This document shows, piece by piece, positions 20,301 through 38,300 of a stretch of 40,611 nucleotides of DNA (positions within the stretch are counted from its first letter, which is position 1; each line of letters starts with the position of its first letter). Source of the DNA: Callorhinchus milii (lineage: Eukaryota); NCBI RefSeq assembly GCF_018977255.1, contig NW_024705485.1:1-40611 (forward strand), written 5' to 3'. The translations under genes and the position numbers were made by a program. The notes under the pieces were generated by a model. It did not search any database. It saw only the letters and a list, made by a program, of their open reading frames with translations, and was not told the DNA's origin.

Positions 20301-23300
20301 ACTACCACTATAACCACTACCACAACCACTATTACCTAACTACTATAACTACCACTACAACCACTACCACAACCACCATTACCTAACTACTACAACTACC
20401 ACTACAACCACTACCACCATTACCTAACTACTACAACTACCACTACAACCACTACCACAACCACCATTACCTAACTACTATAACTACCACTACAACCACT
20501 ACCACCACCATTACCTAACTACTATAACTACCATTACAACCACTACCACCACCATTACCTAACTACTATAACTACCACTACAACCACCATTACCTAACTA
20601 CTATAACTACCACTACAAACACAACCACCATTACCTAACTACTACAACTACCACTACAACCACTACCACAACTACTATTACCTAACTACTATAACTACCA
20701 CGACAACCACTATTACATAACTACTATAACCACTACCACAACCACTATTACCTAACTACTATAACTACTACTATAACCATTACCACAACCACCAATACCT
20801 AACTACTATAACTACCACGACAACCACTATTACCTAACTACTATAACCACTACCACAACCACCATTACCTAACTACAACTACCACTACAACCACTACCAC
20901 AACCACCATTACCTAACTACTATAACTACCACTACAACCACTACCACAAGCACTATTACCTAACTAATAAAACTAACACTACAACCACTACCACAACCAC
21001 TTACCTAACTACTAAAACTACCACTACAACCACTACCACAACCACTATTACCTAACTACTATAACTACCACGACAACCACTATTACCTAACTACTATAAC
21101 CAATACCACAACCACTATTTCCTAACTACTACAACTACCACTACAACCACTACCACAACCACTATTACCTAACTACTATAACTACCACTACAACCACTAT
21201 TACCTAACTACAACTACCACTACAACCACTACCACAACCACCATCACCTAACTACTATAACTACCACTACAACCACTACCACCTTTACCTAACTACTATA
21301 ACTACCACTACAACCACTACCACAACCACCATTACCTAACTACTATAACTACCACTACAACCACCATTACCTAACTACTACAACTACCACTACCACAACC
21401 ACTATTAGCTAACTACTAAAACTTCCACTATAACCACTATTACCTAACTATTATAATTACCACTACAACAACTACCACCACCATTACCTAACTACTATAA
21501 CTACCACTACAACCACAACCACCATTACCTAACTACTACAACTACCACTACAACCACTACCACAACCACCATTACCTAACTACTATAACTACCACTACAA
21601 CCACTACCACAACCACCATTACCTAACTACTACAACTATCACTACAACCACTACCACAACCACCATTACCTAACTACTATAACTACCACTACAACCACTA
21701 CCACAACCACCATCACCTAACTACTATAACTACCACTGCAACCACTACCACCATTACCTAACTACTATAACTACCACTACAACCACTACTACAACCACCA
21801 TTACCTAACTACTATAACTACCACTACAACCACTACCACAACCACTATTACCTAACTACTATGACTACCACTTCAACCACTACCACAACCACTTACCTAA
21901 CTACTAAAACTACCACTACAACCACTACCACAACCATTATTACCTAACTACTATAACTACCACGACAACCACTATTACCTAACTACTATAACCAATACCA
22001 CAACCACTATTACCTAACTACTACAACTACCACTACAACCACTACCACAACCACTATTACCTAACTACTATAACTACCACTACAACCACTATTACCTAAC
22101 TACAACTACCACTACAACCACTACCACAACCACCATTACCTAACTACTATAACTACCACTACAACCACTACCACAACCACTATTACCTAACTACTATAAC
22201 TACCACTACAACCACTACCACAACCACTTACCTAACTACTAAAACTACCACTACAACCACTACCACAACCACTATTACCTAACTACTATAACTACCACGA
22301 CAACCACTATTACATAACTACTATAACCACTACCACAACCACTTACCTAACTACTAAAACTACCACTACAACCACTACCACAACCACTATTACCTAACTA
22401 CTATAACTACCACTACAACCACTATTACCTAACTACTATAACTACCACTACAACCACTATTACCTAACTACAACTACCACTACAACCACTACCACAACCA
22501 CCATTACCTAACTACTACAACTACCACTACAACCACTACCACAACCACCATTACCTAACTACTATAACTACCACTACAACCACTACCACAACCACTATTA
22601 CCTAACTACTATAACTACCACTACAACCACTACCACAACCACTATTACCTAACTACTAAAACTACCACTACAACCACTACCACAACCACTATTACCTAAC
22701 TACTATAACTACCACGACAACCACTATTACATAACTACTATAACCACTACCACAACCACTATTACCTAACTACTATAACTACTACTATAACCATTACCAC
22801 AACCACCATTACCTAACTACTATAACTACCACGACAACCACTATTACCTAACTACTATAACCACTACCACAACCACTATTACCTAACTACAACTACCACT
22901 ACAACCACTACCACAACCACCATTACCTAACTACTATAACTACCACTACAACCACTACCACAACCACTATTACCTAACTACTACAACCACTACCACAACC
23001 ACTTACCTAACTACTAAAACTACCACTACAACCACTACCACAACCACTATTACCTAACTACTATAACTACCACGACAACCACTATTACCTAACTACTATA
23101 ACCAATACCACAACCACTATTACCTAACTACTACAACTACCACTACAACCACTACCACAACCACTATTACCTAACTACTATAACTAGCACTACAACCACT
23201 ATTACCTAACTACCACTACAACCACTACCACCTTTACCTAACTACTATAACTACCACTACAACCACTACCACAACCACCATTACCTAACTACTATAACTA

Positions 23301-26300
23301 CCACTACAACCACTATTACCTAACTACTGCAACTACCACTACAACCACTACCACAACTACTATTACCTAACTACTATAACTACCACTATAACCACTACCA
23401 CAACCACTATTACCTAACTACTATAACTACCACTACAACCACTACCACAACCACCATTACCTAACTACTACAACTACCACTACAACCACTACCACCATTA
23501 CCTAACTACTACAACTACCACTACAACCACTACCACAACCACCATTACCTAACTACTACAACTACCACTACAACCACTACCACAACCACCATTACCTAAC
23601 TACTATAACTACCATTACAACCACTACCACCACCATTACCTAACTACTATAACTACCACTACAACCACCATTACCTAACTACTATAACTACCACTACAAA
23701 CACAACCACCATTACCTAACTACTACAACTACCACTACAACCACTACCACAACTACTATTACCTAACTACTATAACTACCACGACAACCACTATTACATA
23801 ACTACTATAATCACTACCACAACCACTATTACCTAACTACTATAACTACTACTATAACCATTACCACAACCACCAATACCTAACTACTATAACTACCACG
23901 ACAACCACTATTACCTAACTACTATAACCACTACCACAACCACCATTACCTAACTACAACTACCACTACAACCACTACCACAACCACCATTACCTAACTA
24001 CTATAACTACCACTACAACCACTACCACAAGCACTATTACCTAACTAATAAAACTACCACCACAACCACTACCACAACCACTTACCTAACTACTAAAACT
24101 ACCACTACAACCACTACCACAACCACCATTACCTAACTACTACAACTACCACTACAACCACTACCACAACCACCATTACCTAACTACTATAACTACCACT
24201 ACAACCACTACCACAACCACTATTACCTAACTACTATAACTACCACTACAACCACTACCACAACCACTATTACCTAACTACTAAAACTACCACTACAACC
24301 ACTACCACAACCACTATTACCTAACTACTATAACTACCACGACAACCACTATTACATAACTACTATAACCACTACCACAACCACTATTACCTAACTACTA
24401 TAACTACTACTATAACCATTACCACAACCACCATTACCTAACTACTATAACTACCACGACAACCACTATTACCTAACTACTATAACCACTACCACAACCA
24501 CTATTACCTAACTACAACTACCACTACAACCACTACCACAACCACCATTACCTAACTACTATAACTACCACTACAACCACTACCACAACCACTATTACCT
24601 AACTACTACAACCACTACCACAACCACTTACCTAACTACTAAAACTACCACTACAACCACTACCACAACCACTATTACCTAACTACTATAACTACCACGA
24701 CAACCACTATTACCTAACTACTATAACCAATACCACAACCACTATTACCTAACTACTACAACTACCACTACAACCACTACCACAACCACTATTACCTAAC
24801 TACTATAACTAGCACTACAACCACTATTACCTAACTACCACTACAACCACTACCACAACCACGATTACCTAACTACTACAACTACCACTACAACCACTAC
24901 CACCTTTACATAACTACTATAACTACCACTACAACCACTACCACAACCACCATTACCTAACTACTATAACTACCACTACAACCACTATTACCTAACTACT
25001 GCAACTACCACTACAACCACTACCACAACTACTATTACCTAACTACTATAACTACCACTATAACCACTACCACAACCACTATTACCTAACTACTATAACT
25101 ACCACTACAACCACTACCACAACCACCATTACCTAACTACTACAACTACCACTACAACCACTACCACCATTACCTAACTACTACAACTACCACTACAACC
25201 ACTACCACAACCACCATTACCTAACTACTACAACTACCACTACAACCACTACCACAACCACCATTACCTAACTACTATAACTACCATTACAACCACTACC
25301 ACCACCATTACCTAACTACTATAACTACCACTACAACCACCATTACCTAACTACTATAACTACCACTACAAACACAACCACCATTACCTAACTACTACAA
25401 CTACCACTACAACCACTACCACAACTACTATTACCTAACTACTATAACTACCACGACAACCACTATTACATAACTACTATAATCACTACCACAACCACTA
25501 TTACCTAACTACTATAACTACTACTATAACCATTACCACAACCACCAATACCTAACTACTATAACTACCACGACAACCACTATTACCTAACTACTATAAC
25601 CACTACCACAACCACCATTACCTAACTACAACTACCACTACAACCACTACCACAACCACCATTACCTAACTACTATAACTACCACTACAACCACTACCAC
25701 AAGCACTATTACCTAACTAATAAAACTACCACTACAACCACTACCACAACCACTTACCTAACTACTAAAACTACCACTACAACCACTACCACAACCACTA
25801 TTACCTAACTACTATAACTACCACGACAACCACTATTACCTAACTACTATAACCAATACCACAACCACTATTTCCTAACTACTACAACTACCACTACAAC
25901 CACTACCACAACCACTATTACCTAACTACTATAACTACCACTACAACCACTATTACCTAACTTCAACTACCACTACAACCACTACCACAACCACCATCAC
26001 CTAACTACTATAACTACCACTACAACCACTACCACCTTTACCTAACTACTATAACTACCACTACAACCACTACCACAACCACCATTACCTAACTACTATA
26101 ACTACCACTACAACCACCATTACCTAACTACTACAACTACCACTACCACAACCACTATTAGCTAACTACTAAAACTACCACTATAACCACTATTACCTAA
26201 CTATTATAACTACCACTACAACAACTACCACCACCATTACCTAACTACTATAACTACCACTACAACCACAACCACCATTACCTAACTACTACAACTACCA

Positions 26301-29300
26301 CTACAACCACTACCACAACCACCATTACCTAACTACTATAACTACCACTACAACCACTACCACAACCACCATTACCTAGCTACTACAACTACCACTACAA
26401 CCACTACCACAACCACCATTACCTAACTACTATAACTACCACTACAACCACTACCACAACCACCATCACCTAACTACTTTAACTACCACTGCAACCACTA
26501 CCACCATTACCTAACTACTATAACTACCACTGCAACCACTACTACAACCACCATTACCTAACTACTATAACTACCACTACAACCACTACCACAACCACTA
26601 TTACCTAACTACTATAACTACCACTTCAACCACTACCACAACCACTTACCTAACTACTAAAACTACCACTACAACCACTACCACAACCATTATTACCTAA
26701 CTACTATAACTACCACGACAACCACTATTACCTAACTACTATAACCAATACCACAACCACTATTACCTAACTACTACAACTACCACTACAACCACTACCA
26801 CAACCACTATTACCTAACTACTATAACTACCACTACAACCACTATTACCTAACTACAACTACCACTACAACCACTACCACAACCACCATTACCTAACTAC
26901 TATAACTACCACTACAACAACTACCACAACCACTATTACCTAACTACTATAACTACCACTACAACCACTACCACAACCACTTACCTAACTACTAAAACTA
27001 CCACTACAACCACTACCACAACCACTATTACCTAACTACTATAACTACCACGACAACCACTATTACATAACTACTATAACCACTACCACAACCACTATTA
27101 CCTAACTACTACAACTACCACTACAACCACTACCACAACCACTATTACCTAACTACTATAACTACCACTACAACCACTATTACCTAACTACTGCAACTAC
27201 CACTACAACCACTACCAAAACCACTATTACCTAACTACTATAACTACCACTATAACCACTACCATAACCACTATTACCTAACTACTATAACTACCACTAC
27301 AACCACTACCACAACCACTATTACCTAACTAATATAACTACCACTACAACCACTATTACCTAACTACTGCAACTACCACTACAACCACTACCACAACCAC
27401 TATTACCTAACTAATATAACTACCACTTGAACTACTATTACCTAACTACTGCAACTACCACTACAACCACTACCACAACCACTATTACCTAACTACTATA
27501 ACTACCACTACAACCACTATTACCTAACTACAACTACCACTACAACCACTACCACAACCACCATTACCTAACTACTACAACTACCACTACAACCACTACC
27601 ACAACCACCATTACCTAACTACTATAACTACCACTACAACCACTATTACCTAACTACAACTACCACTACAACCACTACCACAACCACTATTACCTAACTA
27701 CTATAACTACCACTACAACCACTACCACAACCACTTACCTAACTACTACAACTACCACTACAACCACTACCACAACCACCATTACCTAACTACTACAACT
27801 ACCACTACAACCACTACCACAACCACTATTACCTAACTACTAAAACTACCACTACAACCACTACCACAACCACTATTACCTAACTACTATAACTACCACG
27901 ACAACCACTATTACATAACTACTATAACCACTACCACAACCACTATTACCTAACTACTACAACTACCACTACAACCACTACCACAACCACTATTACCTAA
28001 CTACTATAACTACCACTACAACCACAACCACCATCACCTAACTACTATAACTACCACTACAACCACTACCACAACCACCATTACCTAACTACTATAACAA
28101 CCACTACAACCACTACCACCTTTACCTAACTACTATAACTACCACTACAACCACTACCACAACCACCATTACCTAACTACTATAACTACCACTACAACCA
28201 CTATTACCTAACTACTGCAACTACCACTACAACCACTACCACAACCACTATTACCTAACTACTATAACTACCACTATAACCACTACCACAACCACTATTA
28301 CCTAACTACTATAACTACCACTACAACCACTACCACAACCACTATTACCTAACTAATATAACTACCACTACAACCACTATTACCTAACTACTATAACTAC
28401 CACTACAACCACTATTACCTAACTACTATAACTACCACTACAACGACTACCACAACCACCATTACCTAACTACTATAACTACCACTACAACCACTACCAC
28501 CACCATTACCTAACTACTATAACTACCACTACAACCACCATTACCTAACTACTATAACTACCATTACAACCACTACCACCACCATTACCTAACTACCATA
28601 ACTACCACTACAACCACCATTACCTAACTACTATAACTACCACTACAAACACAACCACCATTACCTAACTACTACAACTACCACTATAACCATTACCACA
28701 ACCACTATTACCTAACTACTATAACTACCACGACAACCACTATTACCTAACTACTATAACCACTACCACAACCACCATTACCTAACTACAACTACCACTA
28801 CAACCACTACCACAACCACCATTACCTAACTACTATAACTACCACTACAACCACTACCACAACCACTATTACCTAACTACGATAACTACCACTACAACCA
28901 CTACCACAACCACTTACCTAACTACTAAAACTACCATTACAACCACTACCACCACCATTACCTAACTACTATAACTACCACTACAACCACCATTACCTAA
29001 CTACTATAACTACCACTACAACCACAACCACCATTACCTAACTACTATAACTACCACGACAACCACTATTACCTAACTACTATAACCAATACCACAACCA
29101 CTATTTCCTAACTACTACAACTACCACTACAACCACTACCACAACCACTATTACCTAACTACTATAACTACCACTACAACCACTATTACCTAACTACAAC
29201 TACCACTACAACCACTACCACAACCACTATTACCTAACTACCACTACAACCACTACCACAACCACCACTTACCTAACTACTAAAACTACCACTACAACCA

Positions 29301-32300
29301 CTACCACAACCACTATTACCTAACTACTATAACTACCACTACAACCACTATTACCTAACTACTATAAACTAACCACTACCACAACCACTATTACCTAACT
29401 ACTACAACTACCACTACAACCACTACCACAACCACTATTACCTAACTACTATAACTACCACTACAACCACTATTACCTAACTACCACTACAACCACTACC
29501 ACAACCACATTACCTAACTACTACAACTACCACTACAACCACTACCACAACCACCATTACCTAACTACTATAACTACCACTACAACCACTACCACAACCA
29601 CCATTACCTAACTACTAAACTACCACTACAACCACTACCAAACCACTATTACCTAACTACTACAAACTACCACTACAACCACTACCACAACCACTATTAC
29701 CTAACTACTATAACTACCACTACAACCACTACCACAACCACTATTACCTAACTACTATAACTACCACTACAACCACTACCACAACCACTATTACCTAACT
29801 ACTATAACTACCACTACAACCACTACCACAACCACCATTACCTAACTACTATAACTACCACTACAACCACTACCACAACCACCATTACCTAACTACTACA
29901 ACTACCACTACAACCACTACCACAACCACCATTACCTAACTACTATAACTACCACTACAACCACTACCACAACCATTACCTAACTACTACAACTACCACT
30001 ACAACCACTACCACAACCACCATTACCTAACTACTATAACTACCACTACAAACACAACCACCATTACCTAACTACTACAACTACCACTACAACCACTACC
30101 ACAACCACTATTACCTAACTACTATAACTACCACGACAACCACTATTACATAACTACTATAACCAACTACCACAACCACTATTACCTAACTACTATAACT
30201 ACCACTACAACCACTACCACAACCACCATTACCTAACTACTATAACTACCACTACAACCACTATTACCTAACTACTATAACTACACTACAACCACCATTA
30301 CCTAACTACTAAAACTACCACTACAACCACTACCACAACCACCATTACCTAACTACTATAACTACCACTACAACCACTACCACAACCACTATTACCTAAC
30401 TACTATAAACTACCACTACAACCACTACCACAACCACTTACCTAACTACTAAAACTACCACTACAACCACTACCACAACCACTATTACCTAACTACTATA
30501 ACTACCACGACAACCACTATTACCTAACTACTATAACCACTACCACAACCACTATTACCTAACTACTACAACTACCACTACAACCACTACCACAACCACT
30601 ATTACCTAACTACTATAACTACCACTACAACCACTATTACCTAACTACAAACTACCACTACAACCACTACCACAACCACCATTACCTAACTACTATAACT
30701 ACCACTACAACCACTACCACCTTACCTAACTACTATAACTACCACTACAACCACTACCACAACCACCATTACCTAACTACTATAACTACCACTACAACCA
30801 CCATTACCTAACTACTACAACTACCACTACCACAACACAACACTATTACCACTTAACTACTATAACTACCACACAACTTACCTACTACAAACTACCACTA
30901 CAACCACAACCACTATTACCTAACTACTATAACTACCACTACAACCACTACCACAACCACTATTACCTAACTACTATAACTACCACTACAACCACTACAA
31001 CCACAACCACATTACCTAACTACTATAACTACCACTACAACCACTACCACAACCACCATTACCTAACTACTATAACTACCACTACAACCACTACCACAAC
31101 CACCATTACCTAACTACTATAACTACCACTACAACCACTAACCACATTACCTAACTACAAACACCACACAACCACATTACCTAACTACTATAACTACCAC
31201 TACAACCACAACCACATTACCTAACTACTATAACTACCACTACAACCACTACCACAACCACTATTACCTAACTACTATAACTACCACAACCACTATTACC
31301 TAACTACAACTACCACTACCACCAACCACATTACCTAACTACTATAACTACCACTACAACCACTACCACAACCACCATTACCTAACTACTATAACTACCA
31401 CTACAACCACTATTACCTAACTACTACATACCACTACCCAACCACTATTACCTAACTACTACAACTACCACTACAACCACTACCACAACCTATTACCTAA
31501 CTACTATAAACTACCACTATAACCACTACACCACTTACCTAACTACTATAACTACCACTACAACCACTATTACCTAACTACTATAACCACTACCACAACC
31601 ACTATTACCTAACTACTACAACTACCACTACAACCACTACCACAACCACATACCTAACTACTATAACTACCACACAACCACTATTACCTAACTACTATAA
31701 CTACCACTACCACAACCACTATTACCTAACTACAACTACCACTACAACCACTACCACAACCACCATTACCTAACTACTATAACTACCACTACAACCACTA
31801 CCACAACCACTATTACCTAACTACTATAACTACCACTACAACCACTACCACAAACTACCTAAACACTTACCTAACTACTAAACCACTACCACAACCACAT
31901 TACCTAACTACTATAACTACCACTACCACAACCACTATTACCATAACTACCTAATAACTACAACTACCTACAACCACTATTACCTAACTACTATAACTAC
32001 CACTACAACCACTACCACAACCACTATTACCTAACTACTATAACTACCACTACAACCACTATTACCTAACTACTAAACCACTTACCACTACCAAACCACT
32101 ATTACCTAACTACTAAACTACCACTACAACCACTACCACAACCACTATTACCTAACTACTATAACTACCAACTTACAACCACTACCAACCACTATTACCT
32201 AACTTAATACTACTAACCACTAACAACCACCATTACCTAACTACTATAACTACCACTACAACCACTATTACCTAACTACAACTACCACTACAACCACTAC

Positions 32301-35300
32301 CACCACTATACCACTATTACCTAACTACTACAACTACCACTACAACCACTACCACAACCACCTTACCTAACTACTAAACTACCACTACAACCACTACCAC
32401 AACCACCATTACCTAACTACTAAACTACCACTACAACCACTACCACAACCACTTACCTAACTACTAAAACTACCACTACAACCACTACCACAACCACTAT
32501 TACCTAACTACTATAACTACCACGACAACCACTATTACCTAACTACTATAACCACTACCACAACCACTATTACCTAACTACTACAACTACCACTACAACC
32601 ACTACCACAACCACTATTACCTAACTACTATAACTACCACTACAACCACTAACCATCACCTAACTACTAAAACTACCACTACAACCACTACCACAACCAC
32701 CATTACCTAACTACTATAACTACCACTACAACCACTACAACCACCTTTACCTAACTACTATAACTACCACTACAACCACTACCACAACCACCATTACCTA
32801 ACTACTATAACTACCACTACAACCACTATTACCTAACTACTGACTAAACTACCACTACAACCACTACCACTACCACTATTACTATTCTAACTACTATAAC
32901 TACCACTATAACCACTATAACCACATACTAACTACTAACTACCTACAACCACCACTATTACCTAACTACTAACTACCACTACAACCACTACCACAACCAC
33001 TATTACCTAACTACTATAACTACCACTAAACACTATACCACTACTATAACTACCCTCATATTCTACTATAACTACCACTACCACAACCACTATTACCTAA
33101 CTACTATAACTACCACTACAACCACTACCACAACCAACCATTACCTAACTATTATAACTACCACTACAACCACTACCACCACCATTACCTAACTACTATA
33201 ACTACCACTACAACCACTACCACAACCACCATTACCTAACTACTATAACTACCACTACAACCACTACCACCACCATTACCTAACTACTACTACACTACAA
33301 CCACTCACAACCACCATTACCTAACTACTATAACTACCACTACAACACACACAACCACCATTACCTAACACATAACTACTACAACTACCACTATAACCAT
33401 ACTACCCACAACCACTATTACCTAACTACTATAACTACCACGACAACCACTATTACCTAACTACTATAACACTACCACAACCACCATTACCTAACTACTA
33501 CAACTACCACTACAACCACTACCACAACCACATTACCTAACTACTATAACTACCACTACAACCACTACCACCACCTATTACCTAACTACATAACTACCAC
33601 TACCACCACTACCCAACCATTTACCTAACTACTAAAACTACCATTACAACCACTACCACCACCATTACCTAACTACTATAACTACCACTACATACCACAA
33701 CCTATTACTACATAAAACTCCACTAACTCAACACTTACAACACTACTAACTACAACACTACACAACCATATACCTAACTACTAAACTACCACGAAACAAC
33801 CAACTAAACCAACCTTCCACTAAAAAACACTCAACAACAACTACTATAACTATAACACTAACCTAACTACAATACACTACAACTCCACCACCATACTACA
33901 CTATATACCACTCAACCCTCCACACACACCTAACTACTATAACTACCACTACAACCACTAAAACCACCAACCCTACTAATACACTACCAACCACATACCA
34001 CTACTATAACTACCACTACAACCACTATTACCTAACTATCAACTACCACTACAACCACTACCCACATTTACCACCTACTACACACACATTACTACTAACT
34101 CACTATACACTACCACTTACTAACCACTACCAACATACCACCACCTTCTAACTCTACAACTAACTACAAACTAACAACCACATACCAACTACTACTACAC
34201 ACAACCACTAACCATTACCTAACTACTATACTACTAAACAACTTACCAACTACAAACTACCACTACACACATTACCTAACTACTCTAACTACACAACCAC
34301 TTACTAACACAACTACCACAACCACTACCTAAGTACATTACACTAAATATTTCTTACTACACTACACTCACCACTCCACAACCACTACCTAACACTACAC
34401 TACCACTCAACAACATACCTAACTACTTACTAACCACTTACTCTATATAACTACCAACACAACTACCCCATTACCTAACTACAACACACTACACCACTTA
34501 CTAAACACAACTACACTACAACCACTACACACATTACCTAACTACTATAACTACCACTACAACCACTACCACAACCACCTTACCTAACTACTACAACTAC
34601 CACTACAACCACTCACACCATTACCAACTCTATCACTACAACCACTCCACCATTACTACTACTAAACTACCACTACAAACCACTACCACAACCACTATTA
34701 CTCATAACTACTTCAACCACTACAAACCACTTACAACTACTAACTCACCAACAACACACATTATTACCTAACTACTATAACTACCACGACAACCACTATT
34801 ACCATAACTACTATAACCAATACCACAACCACTATTACCTAACTACTACAACTACCACTACAACCTACTAACACCACTATTACCACTATCTACCCTCAAA
34901 CTTACTACTAAACTACCACTAAACCAACCACAACCACCATTACCTAACTACTACTAACTACCACTACAACCACTACCACAACCACCATTACCTAACTACT
35001 AATAACTACCACTACAACCACTCAACCACCATTACCTAACTACTTAACTACCACTACAACCACTCCACCACAACCTAACTCAAATCCCTAACCCAACACT
35101 ACTAGCTACTATAACTACCACTACAACCACTATTACCTAACTACTGAACTACACTAACCACTACACAACCACCTACTGCTATAACACACCAACTATTACC
35201 TAACTACTATAACTACCACTATAACCACTACCACAACCACTATTACCTAATACTTAACTACACTAAACTACACACCACATTACCTATACTACACTACACA

Positions 35301-38300
35301 CAACCACTCACAACATTACCAACTATATAACTACCACTACAACCACTCCCCAATTACCTAACTACTATAACTACCACTACAACCACATTACCTAACTACT
35401 ATACTACCACTCACACCACATACTACTATACACTACCTACCACAACACTAACTACTAATCACTAACCCTAACAGTACATAACTAACTACACCACAAATAC
35501 TATACCACTACCCTACCAACCCATTACCTAACTACTATAACTACCACTACAACCAACCCATTACCTAACATCACCTAATAACTACTACTACCACTACACC
35601 ACCATTACCTAACTACTATAACTACCACTCAAAACAACCACCATTACCTAACTACTAAACTACCACTACAACACACAACCACCATTACCTAACTACTACA
35701 ACTACCACTAAACCATTACCACAACCACATTACCTAACTACTATAACTACCGACCACTTACAAACTCTAAACTACCACAACCACCATTACCTACTACTAC
35801 AACTACCACTACAACCACTACCACAACCACCATTACCTAACTACTAATACACTAACCACTACACAACCACCATTACCTAACTACTATAACTACCACTACC
35901 AACCACAACCACCATTACCTAACACTTACTACATTCAACCACTACACACCACTACTAACCAAACTACACCACCATACCCAACTATTACCTAACTACTATA
36001 ACTACCACGACAACCACTATTACCTAACTACTATAACCAATACCACAACCACATTACCTAACTACTACAACTACCACTACAACCACTACCACAACCACCA
36101 TTACCTAACTACTATAACTACCACTACAACCACTATTACCTAACTACAACTACCACTACAACCACTACCACAACCACCATTACCTAACTACTACAACTAC
36201 CACTACAACCACTACCACAACCACCATTACCTAACTACTATAACTACCACTACAACCACTACCACAACCACTATTACCTAACTACTATAACTACCACTAC
36301 AACCACTACCACAACCACTTACTACTACTAAACTCCACTAAACACTACCACATACACTAACAAACACTAACTACAACAACCACTATTACCTATACTACAA
36401 CTACACTCAAACTACCACAACTATACACTACTATATCATACAACCATATTACTACTCATAACCACTCAACCACCATTACACACTATAACTACCTACAAAC
36501 TACCACTTACTAACTACTACTACCACTACAACCACTACCACAACCACCATTACCTACACATACTATCAACACTACACACGACTACCACACACACAACCAC
36601 TATATACACTATAACTACCACTATAACCACTACCACAACCACTATTACCTACACTACTACACTAACCACTACACAACCACTTACCACATAACTACCCTGA
36701 CTCTATTCTACTACATAACTACCACATCAATAACTACTACATAACTACATAAATACACAACCACCATTACCTAACTACTACAACTACCACTACAACCACT
36801 ACCACCAACACTATTACCTAACTACTATAACTACCACGACAACCACTATTACCTAACTACTATAAACCACTACAACACAACCACCTTTACCTAACTACTA
36901 TAACTACCACGACAACCACTACCACAACCACTATTCTAACCATAACTACTACTACATACAAAACCATTACCTACTACATACACTACCTACGACAACCTAC
37001 AACTACACTACTATAACCACTACCACAACCACCATTACCTAACTACAACTACCACTACAACCACTACCACAACCACCATTACCTAACTACTATAACTACC
37101 ACTACAACCACTACCACAAGCCACTATTACCTAACTATAATAACTACCACTACAACCACTACCACAACCACTTTACCTAACTACTAAAACTACCACTACA
37201 ACCACTACCACAACCACTATTACCTAACTACTATAACTACCACGACAACCACTATTACCTAACTACTATAACCAATACCACAACCACTATTACCTAACTA
37301 CTATACTACCACTACAACCACTACCACAACCACATTACCTAACTACTATAACTACCACTACCACTATTACCAACTCATCACTACACTCAAAACATTACCT
37401 AATACTACACTACCACTACAACCACTACCAACCCCATTACCTAACTACTAATACCACTACAACCACTACCACAACCACCATTACCTAACTACTTAATACA
37501 CTAACCACTCCAACATACCAACTACACAACCACACCACACCACTTACCTAACTACTAAAACTACCACTACAACCACTACCACAACCACCATTACCTAACT
37601 ACTATAACTACCACGACAACCACTATTACCTAACTCTACTACATAAACATACCACAACCACTATTCTAACTCATAACTACCACTCAACTACTAACTAACT
37701 ACTTAACTCACTAACCACTACCACAACCACTATTACCTAACTACTATAACTACCACTACAACATACTCACTATCTACCTCCAACACCATACACTACTACA
37801 TACCACTACCACAACCACTGTATAATACCACACTCAACAAATACTCACACTATCATCTAACTCCACTACAACCACTACCACAACCACTTACCTAACTACT
37901 ATAACTACCACTACAACCACTACAAACCACACACTAACTCTAAACTACCACACATTACCTAACTACTATAACTCCACCACAACACACCACATATAACTAC
38001 TCTACACTACAAACACTTACTACTACCAACTACCCTACAACCACTCAACACATTACCTAACTACTATAACTACCACTACAACCACTACCACAACCACCAT
38101 TACCTAACTATAAACTACCACTACAACCACTACCACCAATTTCTACTACTATAACTACCTACACACTCCCCACATCACTAACTACTAAACTACCACTAAA
38201 CCACTACCACCATACCTACTACATAACTACCACTACACTAACACCCATACAACTACTCACTACTACAGCCACTACCACAACCACTATTACCTAACTACTA

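Noticed and set aside
23811..25483. Link between the 1672-bp satellite period and the 1671-bp palindrome spacer
   Set aside because: No sequence relationship; treated as coincidence.
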